From positions 789,236-853,235 of the forward strand of contig NW_003314270.1 of assembly GCF_000143415.4 (NCBI RefSeq): DNA of 64,000 nt, written 5' to 3'. Shown here piece after piece: positions 1-15,200 of the stretch; positions within the stretch are counted from its first letter, which is position 1, and each line of letters begins with the position of its first letter. This DNA is from Selaginella moellendorffii. Taxonomy: Eukaryota; Plantae; Lycopodiophyta. The notes beneath the pieces were generated by a model. It made no database searches and was not told where the DNA came from. It worked only from the letters and a program-made list of their open reading frames with translations. Position numbers and translations under genes: made by a program.

Positions 1-924
1 GTCGCAGCTCGGACGCTTCTTCTTTCGCAGGAGGCGGAGGTCAACGTCGGCCTCCTCGGAGGAATCCGTGGGGGTTGACCTCATGAAGTCCTCCCACTCC
101 TCGGGAGCTTCGTCTCGGACAGCCGAGTCCTTGGTACGCCGCCGGACGACATGCTGCCAGATGTTCCGTAGCTCCTCGATCCTCACGGGCTTCACCAGGT
201 AATCGCAGGCTCCATACACGACGCCCTTCATCACCGCGTCCGTCTCGCCGCTGGCGGACATCACTGTTGCAAGGAAACAAAAGAGTGTGAGTGTGAGCGT
301 CACCATTAGAATCTTTGTTGCTTTCTTCTCTCTTCTGTTTTGTTTCTACGGGTTTGCCGTAGCTGTCCCGGGTTTGTTTCGTCCTGGGCGAAAGCATTAA
401 AGAGGGAGAGAAGACTTACTGATAACGGGGATCCCCATCTCCAAGCCAATGAGCTCCAGCAGCTTGAAACCGTCCATGTCAGGCATATGAACGTCGCTGA
501 TTACTACGTCGAATGATTCTTTCCTCTCCCGGAGGATTGTCAAGGCTGCTGTCGCACGGCTGCAAGTTGTAACTGCGAGAGAAACCACACTCCAAGTCAG
601 AAAGAAAGAACCACGAGACAACAGGCAAGAGGTACATCCCAGCGAACTTTTACTTGGAAAAAGATAAACTCCAAGACAGAGTATCTAGCAGCAGCCAAAA
701 CATTTTGAGAGTCAAGCAGCACACAGGAAAAAAAGCTTTTAAGAGTCAAGCAGCAAAGAGCTTCAAGAAGAACAAGCAATGACTTTCGAGTGGATTGAAA
801 AGAATTGGAGTGAAAGCTTACCAGCATACTTGCATTCTCGCAGCATTCGCTCTAGCAGAGTGAGGCAGCAAGGATCATCGTCCACGACTAACACCTTGAG
901 ACCTGTGGGCGAGAAGTGATCCAT
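1..924 (-). CDS. Type-B response regulator (ARR-B-like), N-terminal part; continues beyond window start
   Basis: Spliced exons 924-822, 572-420 and 263-<1 (GT-AG) give [28 protein letters not shown]...[33 protein letters not shown]...[25 protein letters not shown]. This is the receiver domain typical of type-B ARRs. Confidence 0.9.
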
Positions 925-2212
925 TTAGCGCATAAAAGTTATCCTGCGAAAAGAATAAAAAATCTGGATGAAACAGTGCTTGGCAAAGGAAGGATGGAGC
1001 TCGAGCTCCACAGAAGAAGAAGAAGGAGAAGAAGAAAGTCTCTGACACACAAGAACGATCGAGCTCCAAACGAAAGAAAGAAATCTCAAGGCGCAAGGAT
1101 TGAAGAGAAGAAAGAAGAAGAAACATGATCGAAATATCGCCGGGCGAGGGCTAGGGATTGCGATCGAGCTCATCCCCGATCGAAATATCGCCCCGCGAGG
1201 CTCCGGAGCATCGAGAGGAGGGATTGGAGAGCGAAGAACACAAGTACCTGGCCTGGCCGCTGGACAAACGATGCCAAGATCCTCCCGCCGACACAAATTT
1301 ACGCGATCGCGAGAGGCGCGAGATCAGATATTCTCATGGAAAGTTCACACGCGCCGTGACGCTCCACTCGCGGCCTGCATTCGCCATTTGCCTGCCCGGC
1401 GCCTGCGCAGCGCGCTCGATCCGATTATCCCACTTGACGCGGAAGAACAAAAGGGAAAAAAAAATTAAACGCAAAGTCCAGTTGTCCATTTTTGTCGAAT
1501 CGGCCATGGCCCATGTACGAAGACTTCCATGCTGCCACGTGGCATATTGCTACTGGCTCGCAGCAAGAACGTTTGAACAATGCCAATTGTCAAATTGTGT
1601 GCGCCCGTGTGTCTTGGTACATCTTCTCTCTCGCTCTTCGTTGGGTGACCTAAAAATTGTATGGGCACGCGCGTAAACCAGGCTTTACCTTATCAAATTC
1701 GGGTGGAACACGCAACGCAGCAACACCGCCTCAATTTCAAAGAGATTAAACATGTAACAACACACGAGAAAGACTTTGGGCGATTGAATGCTCCAACTTG
1801 CAATGCCAGAGAGACGCGATGGAAGAAAAAAAAGAAAAAAAAAAAAAGAAAGAAAGAAAAAGAGAGGAAAGAAAAGATAATCGAAAAGACCCTTCCGGTT
1901 AGTTTGCTGGATTTCCACTGCTACAACTGTTGGTGGTGGTGGAACCCTCTTTTTCCTCTTTTTCTTTCCTCCGCCACCTTTTTTCGCTACCCTAAGATCA
2001 TTGTCAACTAACCAGATAGATTTGCTCCCTGACGTGACATGGAGTGTTCCAAGCCACACAATGCGGGGCGCAACTTGGATGCCCAAGCAAAAAGCCTGAA
2101 AAGATCTTTGGCTCGCCAACTTTGTTTGATTGCTATTCGCGCACTAGATTTGTTTGACAATCGCTCAATCGAATATCCTCTTACCAAATGAAAAGCTATG
2201 CTTTTATTTTTT

Positions 2213-3597
<1,385 letters not shown>

Positions 3598-3693
3598 TTG
3601 ATGCTCAAGAACCCTAAAACCCCGACAAAAAAGTTTTAAGAACCCTAAAGTATGCCGGTATATTCACTTTTTAAAAAAGAATCCGTTGACCAT

Positions 3694-5808
3694 CTAAAGT
3701 AGCGCGTTTGATAGCAGCACATAGCCCGCGGCATTTTGGGGCTCGATTTCCAGGATTTGCTTGGCTGCATCGATCCCACGGCGTGGATCGCGCTGGAATC
3801 TATAGCCGGATAATAAAGATTCCCACGCGGCGGCGGTGCCGGCGGTGGGCATTCGTTGGATCATTTCCATCGCGGCTTTGAGCTGCCCTAATCGCCCCAG
3901 CGCCGAGACGATGCACGAATAGTGGTCTTGGGTTGGGACGATGCCATAGTCGATTTCCATGGAGGCCAAATAGGCGTAAATTTCGGCCACCTGGCCCAAA
4001 TGCGCGCACGCCACGAACACGCCCAGAAAAGTTACGTCGTTGGGGTGTACGGCATCCATGGCCATGGTCTGGAAGCTCTCAATGGCTGTAAGGCCGTACC
4101 CTAAATGGGCATACACTGTGACTAGCGCCGTACAAGAGACCACGTCTCTCTCTGGCATTGTGTCAAAGAGTTTTTTGGAAATGGGTATATGCCCGGCTTG
4201 GGCATATGCTGATACCATTCGATTCCAGGAGACTAGATCTCGCTCTGGGAATCTTTCGAAAAGAGCTTTCGCGAGAACAAATTCAAAGTTGCCTAGAAAA
4301 CCACACAAAAGAGCTGTGAAGGTTATTATGCTTTGGACGGGCATCTTAACAAAGATTCTTCTTGCGGCATCTAAATGCCCATGTTGGGTATATGCGATGA
4401 TCATGGTAGTCCATGAAATAACGTCCCACTCGGGCATTTGGTCAAATATTCGTTTCGATTCCTCCAAATTTCCGGACTTCGAGCTTGCCACAAGCATTGC
4501 ATTCAAAGTTGCGAGATTTTTCTCTCGCGATGCTTTAAACACCATAGCCGCATTTTCCAAATCACCATGGTCAGCATAAGCTTGAATCATGGTGTTCCAA
4601 GAGATTAAATTCCTCTCCGGCATTCTATCAAAAAATTCACGCGCCACCGTTGTATCACTCGCGCTCGCTTGAACGATCGCGTTCCAAGCGACCAAATCGT
4701 GGCCAGACATCGCTCTAAAGATTCCCCTAGCCTCTTCCACTCGTCCGTGCTGTCCGTACCCGTTAATCACGACCGTCCACGAGACCACATTGAGCGAAAC
4801 CAACGGCCGATCCAGCATCTCTCTCGCGAGGTCCATTTGCCCTGCTAGGGCATATGCTGTGATGAGAGAGTTCCATCCTACTGGATCTTTCTCGGGCGAA
4901 CGATCGAGCAAAAGCTTTGCTCGATCGAAGCTCCCGTGCTGCGCGTAGCCTTGGATCAAGGTATTGATCGTCACTGCGTTGTGCTCTGGCATTCGATCGA
5001 AGAGATCCTGCGCCCCTTCCAGATGCCCATGAAGAACAAACGCCTGGAGCATCGCGTTCCAGGCGATGAGATCCTTCTCTTCAATCCCCAAGAACAAGCT
5101 CCAGGCCTTGCGGAGATGCCCCAATCTGGCAATCGCGACGATCGCGCTCGTGATGAGCACGGTGTCGAGGAGTGGGATCCGGCGCAGCAGCTCCATGGCC
5201 GGATCCACGAGATCTCTCGCGAGGAAGGCCTCGATCATAGCAGCCCACGAGAAGAAATCCCGGTCGGGCATGCGATCGAAGAGATCCTTGGCTTCGATCA
5301 CTCGCCCAGCGCGGGAGTAGGCCTCGATCATGGAATTCCACGACACGGTGTTGCGCTCCTCCATCCTGGCGAAGAGATCGATCGCGTCGCCCAGCTCCCC
5401 AGCCTCAGCGAGCGCCCGGAGCATCGAATTCCACGATTGAATCGTTCGGATCGTCGCGGGCATCCGCTGGAATGCCGCTCGCGCGAGATCCAGGCGCCCG
5501 TGCTGCGCGTAAGCGGCGATCATTGTGTTCCAGGAGAACACATTTGGGCGATCCAACGCCGCGAATGCGCGGGTCGCGCGATCCAAGCTCCCGCATCTGG
5601 CGAAGGCGCGGATCACCAGATTGGCGAGGAAGATGTTCCGGGAGTGCCCGCTGCTGTGGATCTCATCCTGGATCTCGCTGACCCTGGCGAGATCCCGGGA
5701 TTTCTCGCAGGATCGCAGGAGGGTGGCATAGAACTGGACGTCTTCCATGGCTGGATAGATAGATAAGAACTTCTTGGAAGAACTTAGATCTTCCATTAGA
5801 TCTTCCAT
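3694..5808 (-). CDS. PLS-class pentatricopeptide repeat protein with E domain (organellar RNA-editing factor type), intronless
   Basis: Long ORF with ~31-aa repeats (xxSWNxMIxAYAQxGxxxxAxxxFDRMP). C-terminus reads HYSCIVSALGRLG...WESLLS...AAGYVLLSN, with no DYW. Start codon uncertain (5808, 5796 or 5748). Confidence 0.9.
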   Translation of the reverse strand: MEDLMEDLSSSKKFLSIYPAMEDVQFYATLLRSCEKSRDLARVSEIQDEIHSSGHSRNIFLANLVIRAFARCGSLDRATRAFAALDRPNVFSWNTMIAAYAQHGRLDLARAAFQRMPATIRTIQSWNSMLRALAEAGELGDAIDLFARMEERNTVSWNSMIEAYSRAGRVIEAKDLFDRMPDRDFFSWAAMIEAFLARDLVDPAMELLRRIPLLDTVLITSAIVAIARLGHLRKAWSLFLGIEEKDLIAWNAMLQAFVLHGHLEGAQDLFDRMPEHNAVTINTLIQGYAQHGSFDRAKLLLDRSPEKDPVGWNSLITAYALAGQMDLAREMLDRPLVSLNVVSWTVVINGYGQHGRVEEARGIFRAMSGHDLVAWNAIVQASASDTTVAREFFDRMPERNLISWNTMIQAYADHGDLENAAMVFKASREKNLATLNAMLVASSKSGNLEESKRIFDQMPEWDVISWTTMIIAYTQHGHLDAARRIFVKMPVQSIITFTALLCGFLGNFEFVLAKALFERFPERDLVSWNRMVSAYAQAGHIPISKKLFDTMPERDVVSCTALVTVYAHLGYGLTAIESFQTMAMDAVHPNDVTFLGVFVACAHLGQVAEIYAYLASMEIDYGIVPTQDHYSCIVSALGRLGQLKAAMEMIQRMPTAGTAAAWESLLSGYRFQRDPRRGIDAAKQILEIEPQNAAGYVLLSNALL

Positions 5809-7380
5809 TACTTGCGACTTCCAGCATTGAGCCAAGCATCAATGGAGCTGGCGCGTCCAGAGAAGAACTCGTGAGACAACGCCTGGGACGCCGACAGCCG
5901 CGAGGCTGGATCGTAGACCAAGAGCTTCTCGATCAAGCGCAGCGCCTCTCCGGACGCTCGCGGCAAAATCCTGGCCAGAGTCACTGGCGGGCGATCGTCG
6001 TTGAAGCAAATCTTGTCATAGTCGGGGAGGCTGGAGATCCCGGGCCAGATCGTCTCGTTTGGGACACCGAGAACTCTCACCACCCTGCTCAGCTGATCTA
6101 TGTCGGAGGCTCCCGGGAAGAGTGGCTCGCCTTGGATCAACTCGCCGAGGATGCAACCCACGGCCCAGAGATCCACCGCAAAGTTGTAGCTCGTCGAACC
6201 GTAGAGGAGCTCCGGAGCTTTGTACCACCTCGTCCCCACGCAGTCGGTCATCTCTCCGCGGAAGTCATCGTTTCCCACCTGTGAAGAACACCACCACATC
6301 TTAGAACTCTGAGAGAGAGAGAAAGAGAGAACTTAGAACTGAGAGAAGGAACTTAGAATTTAAAACCGAGAGAGAACTTAGAACTTAAAACCGAGAGAGA
6401 GAGAGAGAGAGAACTTAGAACTGAGTGAGAGAGAAAGAGAACTTAGAACTTCGGAGAGAGAGAGAGAGACTCTCTACCTTGTACCAATCGGAATCCTTGT
6501 TGGAAGTTTTCTCCCACTCGCCATCGCTGTAGCGATCGTTCCTGTCTGATGATCTTCGAGCACCATCTTCTTCTTCCTCCGCATCGCTCACTCGAGGACT
6601 AACTTCGGTGCCGGAGTCTTCGATTTCCAGACGATCGTAGCTCTTGCTGCCTCGAATCTGTGCTGGAACCATCGTCTCCGGCTGCTGCTCTGACGATGTC
6701 GCGGCCGACTTGAGCTTGAAGCTCCCGCCCTGGAGCCATGCCTCGATCTCCTCACTGTCGAGTTTCTTGCCGCTGCCAAATCGATCGAACTCCGCTCCTC
6801 CCTTGAGCTTCTTCTTGCCGCTGGAAGAATCCTTCACCGCTTCCTCGACGTTCTCCACTGGCAGGACGAGCGCCGTGCCAAAGTCCGCCACCTTGAGCAC
6901 GCCATCGCTGGAGATGAGAAGATTGGATGGCTTGAGATCCCTGTGCAAGATCCCAGCACTGTGGCACTCGGCCACGGCCTTGAGGATTTGCTCCATCCAG
7001 TTCCTGGCCTCGAATTCCTGGAAAGGGATCTCCTTGCGCTCCTCTATCACCTCCGCGAGAGAGCCCGGAAGAAATTCCAGCACCAGCAATACCCCGGGAT
7101 GGAGCCAGACGTGATCCAAGAGCTGGACGACATGGCTGGAGTTTGTGAGGAGCTGGAGAGCGGCCAATTCGCGCGAGGAGCTCTTGCCGTCGTGGACTTC
7201 CTTGAGCGCGACGTGGAGGCCGTCGTCCCGGCGCTTGCCGTGGTAGACATCCGAGTAGGCGCCGGATCCAATGGGATCCAGCACCGCGTACCTGGCCAAG
7301 ACCTCGCGATTCTCGTAGATGCTCCAGGAGCTCGCGAATCTGGCCGCGGCAGCGCCCTCCTCTTCCTCCTCACTCTCCAT
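5808..7380 (-). CDS. CDKF;1: Cyclin-dependent kinase F (CAK-activating kinase)
   Basis: Two exons (7380-6478, 6278-5808). Motifs: SWSIY...IGSGAYSDVY, ALKEVHD, HRDLKPSNLLI, ADFG, then a long insert before MTDCVGTRWYKAPELLYGST. The insert and N-terminus are characteristic of CDKF. Confidence 0.88.
6298..6470. repeat. Intronic tandem repeat (GA)n-ACTTAGAACT
   Basis: About 7 copies of gagaga...gaacttagaact fill most of the CDKF intron. Confidence 0.8.
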
Positions 7381-8110
7381 GAATCGATCGCTCCCTGGCG
7401 TCAGCCCTAATGTAGGTTCTAGGGCTTTAAACAAGAACAAAAGAATATACTTTAATATTCATAACTCTCAAGTTATAATCTATAAACACAAGATTAATTA
7501 TTCCATGGTAGAATAAACTAAAATATACTGAAGATTTTATAAATTATAAACATGTTTAAAATTTAATAATATATGAGATGGTAGAATATTTTAAAATATT
7601 CAAGCATATTTTAGGTATATCCACTAGTTTTGCGTAAGAGATTCATTTTATTTATATATATAAATATATATTACATGTAGAATTCAGGACCTTGAGCTTA
7701 TTGAGTTACTTCGAATAAACCTCCCACTCCCTGGTTCAACTTCCACTGAGTCAGAGACATGAGAAAGCATGCAATCGATTTGAGGGCTACAATCGTGAAG
7801 AGTCCACACTTTGCAAATGCGAATGCTTTAAGGGTGGTGTACGAATTCTCAACGAGATATATTATATAGTCCCGAAATTAGTTATTTTCTTTGATCTTTT
7901 TCTGATGGCAAGTAAGAACATTTTTGAGCTTCTGTGTTCTCTACGCAATTATGGGAATTACCAGTTTTCGTTTGGAAAAACGACAACTACACTCGTTTTA
8001 AACTAAGTACAATCAAACCAAAATTTAGATGTTCACTGAAACAGATGCTGGAGTTCCTGAGTGAACCTGCTGAGGCCTGACCAACTTCTAAACCTTTTAC
8101 TTAGTTTACC

Positions 8111-11103
8111 TTAGCACCTCTCGAAAATTTTGTACAGATTTTCTAGACACGCGACCTGGCAGGGACGAACGCGCTTGAGCATCAGAATGGCGATGAGAAT
8201 GGCGTACCTGGAGTGCAGTACCGTCAGTCGCCATCCTTACCGGTGGTTTTAGCAACAGCTTCATGGCTGGAAAGAGTACATGCTGAATCGTCCAGTCTCT
8301 CTGGGACCATTTGCTTTCTGCCTCCAAACCGACATCTTCGTCCATTTCGGTTTCATTACTTTCTGCGCAAACAGCTGTGACAAAACGATCGCAGAGGATA
8401 ATAGTTTTCGTAGCTCTTACCCGGAGGATTGGTTGAAGGTCTCGGTAACAAGGGAGGATGAAGAGCGTAAAACTCCGAAAGCGCCCTTGCTACCGTTTCA
8501 AAGCACTCGTCCTCTACATCACAATCGACCTGCCAAAGTTTTGTTTCTTAAAAGTGCATAAGGTTCGCCTGTATCACGTACGCTTTTCGAAAGATGCAGA
8601 GCGAAAAGAGGGAGCCTGTCCATGTCCGGCGTATGCTGCTCCACGATCAAGGGAAGTGTGCAAACGTTTCCATTATCGTCAATGTCAATCGAGAAACACT
8701 CTCGCAAAAACTCAGCACGCTTTAAAATCTGGTTACAGTAAACCTGCGCAACACACGTCAGTAGGACATTAAGTTACAGATATTGCAAATCACCTGAGCT
8801 ATTCCATCCTTAGATCCATCAGTAGCATGATAGTTCCCACACTGTTCCTCCTCGTCCAAAGCCATGACTATTAAGTCATACACTGGCGCAGGATTGGTGA
8901 GCCGGAGTGCATTTAGACGTCTAAGCCGGACGAGTGCCTGTTGGTACATCAACTCTTTGCTGAAAGCATGCATTTCGTTTGTTAGCATTCGTCCCATTGA
9001 AAAAAAACCTATTACCTTAGAGTCAAGCAGTTCATAAGATAAAGCCTCGTCTTATGTTGGATCAACGCCAAGACATCGTCCGCCATTCCAATAAACGTAG
9101 AGTGCCTTACGATTTCGAGCAGGCCTGTCAATATCAAATGAAAAACCAGCAAATGTGGTATTCCGTATGTACCTGAATGTGTCTCTGTATCGACAGCGGC
9201 AAGCATACGTTCGACTGCAGACGAACCAGAAGATGAGCCAGAAGTATCGTTGGAGTGCCGTCGTTGCCTTACAATTCGCCTGTTTCATCACTAGTTGTCT
9301 ATCAAAAGATCATAGGACACGGAAGCCTTACCGCATGGCAGCTAAATCATTTTTAAGCTCCGCTCCACTGGCAAGGAAAGCATGCATTCGTCCGGCGGGG
9401 CTTTGCGAGTCCGTTCTCACAAGCTTATTAACAGGTGCCTTTTGAGAGCTTTTATCTGATAATTGTAAGAAAAGAGAAAGAAAGGAAAGACCAAGAACGT
9501 ACTCTCTGCTTGACTCGCAGGCTGTCCTTGTGGCAGAAATGCCGCTTCAAGCGAAGTCTGGACGACAATACAACTCTAGTCACTTGCTTGTAAGACAAGA
9601 GTCGTACCTGAGCATAAAACGTCCGAGACTTGTTAGACTGCAAAAGTTCTTGTTCGACTGCTGTTTGGATTGCTTCTATAAGCGACTCTTGATTTAAAAA
9701 GCTCACCTGTTCAAATAAAAGATAATCAGTAGCTTCTTAGCGAGAAAAAACTTCTTAAACCTCTTTCTTTGTTGGATGAACATTGACATCAACATGCTCC
9801 GGAGGAAGGCGAATAGACATGTAAATGTACGGTTTTGATGCCTTTGGTAGAACAGCCGCATACACAACTTCGATTGCCCTCTTCAGCGGAGCACAGTCCA
9901 CCAAACGATCTGAAATGGAGCAGCTACAAAGTCAACAACTTGATATTCAATCAAGTCCATACCGTTTATAAACAGAATCATGGTTGTTCTCTTGGCACTG
10001 TAGTTTGCACTCGAAATGTAACCGTTCATCTCAAAAAAGTCCGAGGAATCGTTCTTGGAGGTTTTGATTTCGATAAGTTCTCGAGAGGTCCCAGGTCCAT
10101 AGACTGCTCGAATTGCTTCCAACGACGACGTGTTGCCAGGAGTTTGCACGTCTGCTCGTGCATCACCAAACTATGACAAACATGTGAATCGTTCGTCCCA
10201 AAAAACGACACTGAAACGAACCTTCTTACACGAAAATCCGACTTTCGGATTTTGGATCGAGTATTTGCTGATCACGTCAACAACGCGAGCATACTCGTCA
10301 CTTGGGTTCTTGAAAGACTTTCTTCTAGCTGTGACATTGTAGAACAGATTTTCCACCTACAAAACACACAAAGTTGGAACAAGAAAAAAAGAAAGAAAGA
10401 AAAAACCCCTAGCAAAGCATACGAACCATTATTTGGGTTCCTTTCACAGCAGCGCAAGGCCGAGGATCGCCTTCCATCACTCCGTCCTTATACGAGGCTC
10501 TGAAATCCAAAAATCGAGAAATGTGAGCTTAAAGCTGCGTAAAGTTCACCTGTATCCATGAGTTTGGCCTTCAGTCATTGTAGTAACAGTGAGATGAGCT
10601 ACGAAAGTCATACTCGCCAGAGCCTCCCCTCGGAAGCCCAGTGTGCTAACCTTTTGCAAATCCTCAAAGGCAGTGATTTTGGAGGTGGTGTGTCTCTCGC
10701 AGAGTATAGGAAGGTCTTCATACTGCAAGGAAACAGAAGAGGAAAATTCAATCGCAAACTTCGCTAAAACATCTCACATCTAGTCCAAATCGTCACAGCA
10801 TTTCTTCAAGACTATGCTACACAAATCTCAAGCTACATTTTCTACCAGAAGGGAACTCTCGAAAATCTCTGGAATATCAAACAAACAACATACCCGGATC
10901 CCATGCCCATTGTCCGTGATCTGGATGAGCTTCAATCCCCCATCCTTGACGATGACCGAGACGACTGTGGCGCCGGCGTCCAGGCTATTCTCCAGGAGCT
11001 CCTTGAGAGCGGAAGCAGGGCGCTGGATCACCTCGCCCGCCGCGATCCTGTTGACGACGCTCTCCTCGAGCTTGCGGATTCTTGGCGGCAATGCCATATC
11101 CAT
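8111..11103 (-). CDS. MLH1: DNA mismatch repair protein MLH1, multi-exon
   Basis: N-terminus [36 protein letters not shown], then CERHTTSK...GFRGEALAS and ENLFYN. The C-terminus [11 protein letters not shown] is diagnostic. Confidence 0.96.
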
Positions 11104-11837
11104 CCCTTAAGCCCTAGAAACACACTGAACGGGAGATAAAAAAGCATTGAATTGTGGCGGAGTAGAAATAACCATTAGTAAAAGGCAATTAAAACAAATA
11201 AAACTCATAGTAGAGAAGGATGGTACAATATTAAAATTGTAAGGTTTTAATACAAATTATAAATTTAATTTTATTACTATTTAAACTTTTATTTTATGTA
11301 TGAAAGACATATTACAGATAATTTATGTATTTTTATTATTTTGTTTTTAGTTTATGGGAATATTATATTTTCTGTGTAAAATATGAGAGAGTGTGTGATT
11401 GAATTTCTGCTCAGCTATTTTTTTGAGGGTATTATAGTTAACATCTGATTTATGACGGGTGAAATTAATAAAAAAATTTAAAACTCATGTATTTTATAAG
11501 TATGTATTAACATACTAAGAGCTCTTTTAGTAATATATAAAAAAATATTTATTATTGTTTAATAAAAATCTGAATTTATTTTTTTAATTGATTTATAAAT
11601 ATGAATAAATATGCTAAATTTCATGAGATTTTAGAATTACTTAAAAATTAAGCTACTTGCCTTTATAAATTTATTATTTAAATTATTTTGAATAAGATGA
11701 TTTTTTAACATAAAAAGTATTATTTAATGATGATCTATATGACATATGTATTTTGGAGTATGATAAAAGTGGAAATCTATTTTGAGAAATTATTACAAAA
11801 TAATTTTATCTTAGATATTTCAATTTAAATATAATTT

Positions 11838-12012
11838 TGTGAGGGCCAAGTGTATAGCTATGATGCCGTATACTAATATTAGCGTAATGGGATTTTGGTA
11901 GCTATCGGATTGGTTTCAATCCGGACCACTTGCTCCTGTATATAAATTAGAGTTTTTGGGTTAATTGATATGCACATTTCTATATTCCCTTTCTATATTC
12001 CAAACACTCACA
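11838..12012 (+). repeat. 5' LTR
   Basis: Direct repeat of 16658-16832; 19 mismatches over 175 bp and no indels by manual alignment. Confidence 0.95.
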
Positions 12013-12245
12013 TTGGTGGAGGTGAGGGGCATCTTTGATTGCCCCTGAAGAGTGCTTGGATTTGGGATTTTGGTTTAAATTTAACTTTTGCATTATTTAG
12101 ATCTAGTTTTTTCCATTTCCTTTCTTTTATTCTTTCTTTTTAGGATTTTGGTTTAGATCTAGCTTTTTGCATTGTTTAGATCTACCATTTCCTTCTAGCT
12201 TTTTGTCATTTCTCTTCTTTTGCTCTTTCTTTTTCATTCGTCTTT

Positions 12246-15200
12246 ATGGCAGATCAACAATCTCCTCCTTTGACTCTAGAGCAGTAGTTGGTACAATTGC
12301 TTGATGCTATGCGCTTGAAATTGAACAACCAAACTCAATTGATGGCGGCGTTCACGGCACGTGGTACAACTCCTCTTGCTCTTGGTGCCAATCCTCGCGT
12401 TCGGCCGGAGTTCTTTCGCGGGAATTCTGGGGATGATGTGTACCATTGGCTCGATCACTTCACGGTGATTGCCACATATCATTTTTGGGATGATGCTTGA
12501 CGTTTGCATGAGTTTCCCATGTGTCTCCAAGGGACGGCATTGCAGTGGTATAACAGTTTGAGCACAACCACTCGTGGGGATTGGAGCGTTCTCCAGGACG
12601 TCTTCAAATGCACCTTCAGACATGCCGATGACTGTGATGACGCCTTCTAACAATTGCATCGTCTTCGCCAAGGGCCATTTGAGTTGGTGATGCAATTTGG
12701 CATTCGTTTCCAAAGTCTTTTGCTTCGTGCGGAGCCAAATATGTCGAAGCGGATCAAGCTAGGAATATTGTGGCTAGCACTTCGTCAAGATCTTGTCAGA
12801 CTTGTGCATGCACTTGCTCCCGCCACCCTTGACGATGCTCTTCGCTTAGCACAATGTTATGAGACATTGCCTCTTCCACTTCTCACTGCACATCCTTCAG
12901 CTCCACTTCCTATAGGTGATGGTCCTGTTCTAATGGAGATTGATGCTGCTGCTACTCGAGTCCAAGGACAAGGGCGAGGACATGGTCGTGGCCGTAATGT
13001 TCGCTACTGGGCGTGTGATGAAGTTGGTCATACTTATCGGCGTTGTCGGTGTTTTCCGGATTGGTGACCTCCATTTCCTGGGTGGAGACCTTGGCGTCAG
13101 CAACGTCCCATTGGTGCTGCTGCAGTGGACGGTTTGGACACCGAGATACATCCGGGAAATGAGGAGTTGCGCGAGTAACGGAGGGACCTTGCATGAATAA
13201 GTTAGTGACCCCTCCATCTTTCTTTTAGAAGTATCATCAAGGGGTTCACTCGGCACCAGTTCATCCAGTGTTTACTTTCCAAGCTCATTTCTCCTATTAT
13301 TTTCTCCGTGTTGGTTGATACAAGTTTGAGTTTATCTTCTATTGCTCGACCTGTTGCCACACATTGCCGTTTACACTTGCGTCGTGCGGCAGAACTAATT
13401 TTCATTCTTTATGGCAACGGCCGTACACATGCATGTGCATGGGATGAGGTGGACTTGGTTGTGCATATGGGCGATCTCAAGCTTGAGTTGCAGTCATTGC
13501 GGGTGGTGCTAAGTCAAGCTTTTGACCTCATTCTTGGTATGGATTGGTTGCAGCGCAATCATGCTAAATGTGATTTTAAAGCGTCTCCCCCTTGTCTCAT
13601 ACTTCCTTATGTTTCATACATTCCTCTCACTTCTGTACCTCTTTGTCCCTATATTTCTACCTCTGCTTCCATTATTTTTGTTTCCCCACTATTTCCTCCT
13701 ATGTTTCCATCTTGTTCTGCTCTTCCCTTTTCCAATCCCTCCGACGATCTTTGTGTTGCAGCGGTGGACCAGCTCATGAAGGAGTATTCTGATCTTTTTG
13801 AATTTGACCTATCGTCTGGGGCCAAGATTGCCACACGTCATCCAATTCCAACCGGGGATGCTCATCCAATCAAGGTTCCTGTTCGTCGTCGGTCACCCAA
13901 GGAGATCAAGATTTTACGTACAAATGTCAAGGAGATGTTGGAGAAGGGTGTTATTCGGAAGTCACGGAGTCCTTGGGTATGTGAACCTCATCTTATGATG
14001 AAGCCTGATAGGAGTATTCGTTTCTGCATCGACTATCATCTATTAAACGAAGTAACAATCCTAGATGTGTACCCTCTTCCTCACACTACTGATCTCTTGG
14101 ATCGTCTGGGGCGAAGTCGTTGGTTCACCAAACTAGATCTTGCTTCTGGGTACTGGCAAGTACCGATGGCCGAAGAAAATATTCTTAAGACTGCTTTCTG
14201 TACACCATTTGGTTTGTATGAGTTCTTGGTGATGCCGTTTCGTTTGAATAATGCTCCAGCAACTTTCCAACAGATGATGGACAAGGTTCTTTGCGATATG
14301 CCGTAGGTGACTGTTGACTTCATTGATGATGTCTTGATCCACTCGGAGGGGATGTGGGAGGAACACATTCGTAATGTTTGTAAAGTGTTGGATCGGCTAC
14401 GCGACGTTGGTTTAAAGCTGAAGCGGACAAAGTGCGTGTTTGGGTTCAAGGATACAATTTGTCTTGGGTACCATATTTCTCGTGAGGGTTTGCAAGTTGA
14501 TCCTGACAAACTTGTGGCTGTTCTAAAGTTCCCTACTCCGAAGTGTGTGAATGATGTGCAGCGCTTCTTTGGCAAGGTGCAATATCTCGGTCGTTTTGTG
14601 GATCATCTTTCTGATCGCACTGCACCGTTGTGAGCGTTGCTGAAGTCATCAACATCATCTTTCATCTAGTCTCCGGATTGTGAGCAGGCGTTCGGGGATC
14701 TCAAAGAGCTGTTGACGACTCCTCCGGTTTTGGCATATCCTAACTACACTCGACTTTTTATTTTGCGCGTGGATGCTTCTGACATTGGTCTTGGAGGTGT
14801 GTTGATGCAAGAGAGCTCGAGTGTGCCTGGTCAGCGTCATCTCATTGCATATATAAGCCATACATTACAACCAACAGAAATGAACTACTCCACAACAGAG
14901 AAGGAGTGTTTAGTAGCAGTTTGGGGTTTTAAGAAACTTCATGCATATCTACATGGTTCTTGGACGTTACTTGAAGGTGATCATGCTACTATTATTTCAT
15001 TATTGAAGCGGAAGAACCTGGTTGGTTGTACTTCTCGATGGGCTTTGAAGCTTCAGATATATGATTTTGATGTTGTTCATCACCCAGGGAGTTCTTTGGC
15101 TGATGCTGATGCCCTTTTTCGAGCTCCTCTTCCTTCTCCATTCTCTTCTCATGTTTCTGATGAGCCTATTGTTCCAGCCTCTATGGATTTTCTAGATGAG

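Noticed and set aside
4936-5766. 276-aa antisense ORF, and similar antisense ORFs over GC-rich genes
   Set aside because: Shadow ORFs of GC-rich coding sequence with no recognisable motifs.
11140-11837. Very AT-rich tract (continues at 16833-17200) as a MITE
   Set aside because: No TIR/TSD recognised; treated as intergenic DNA split by the gypsy insertion.
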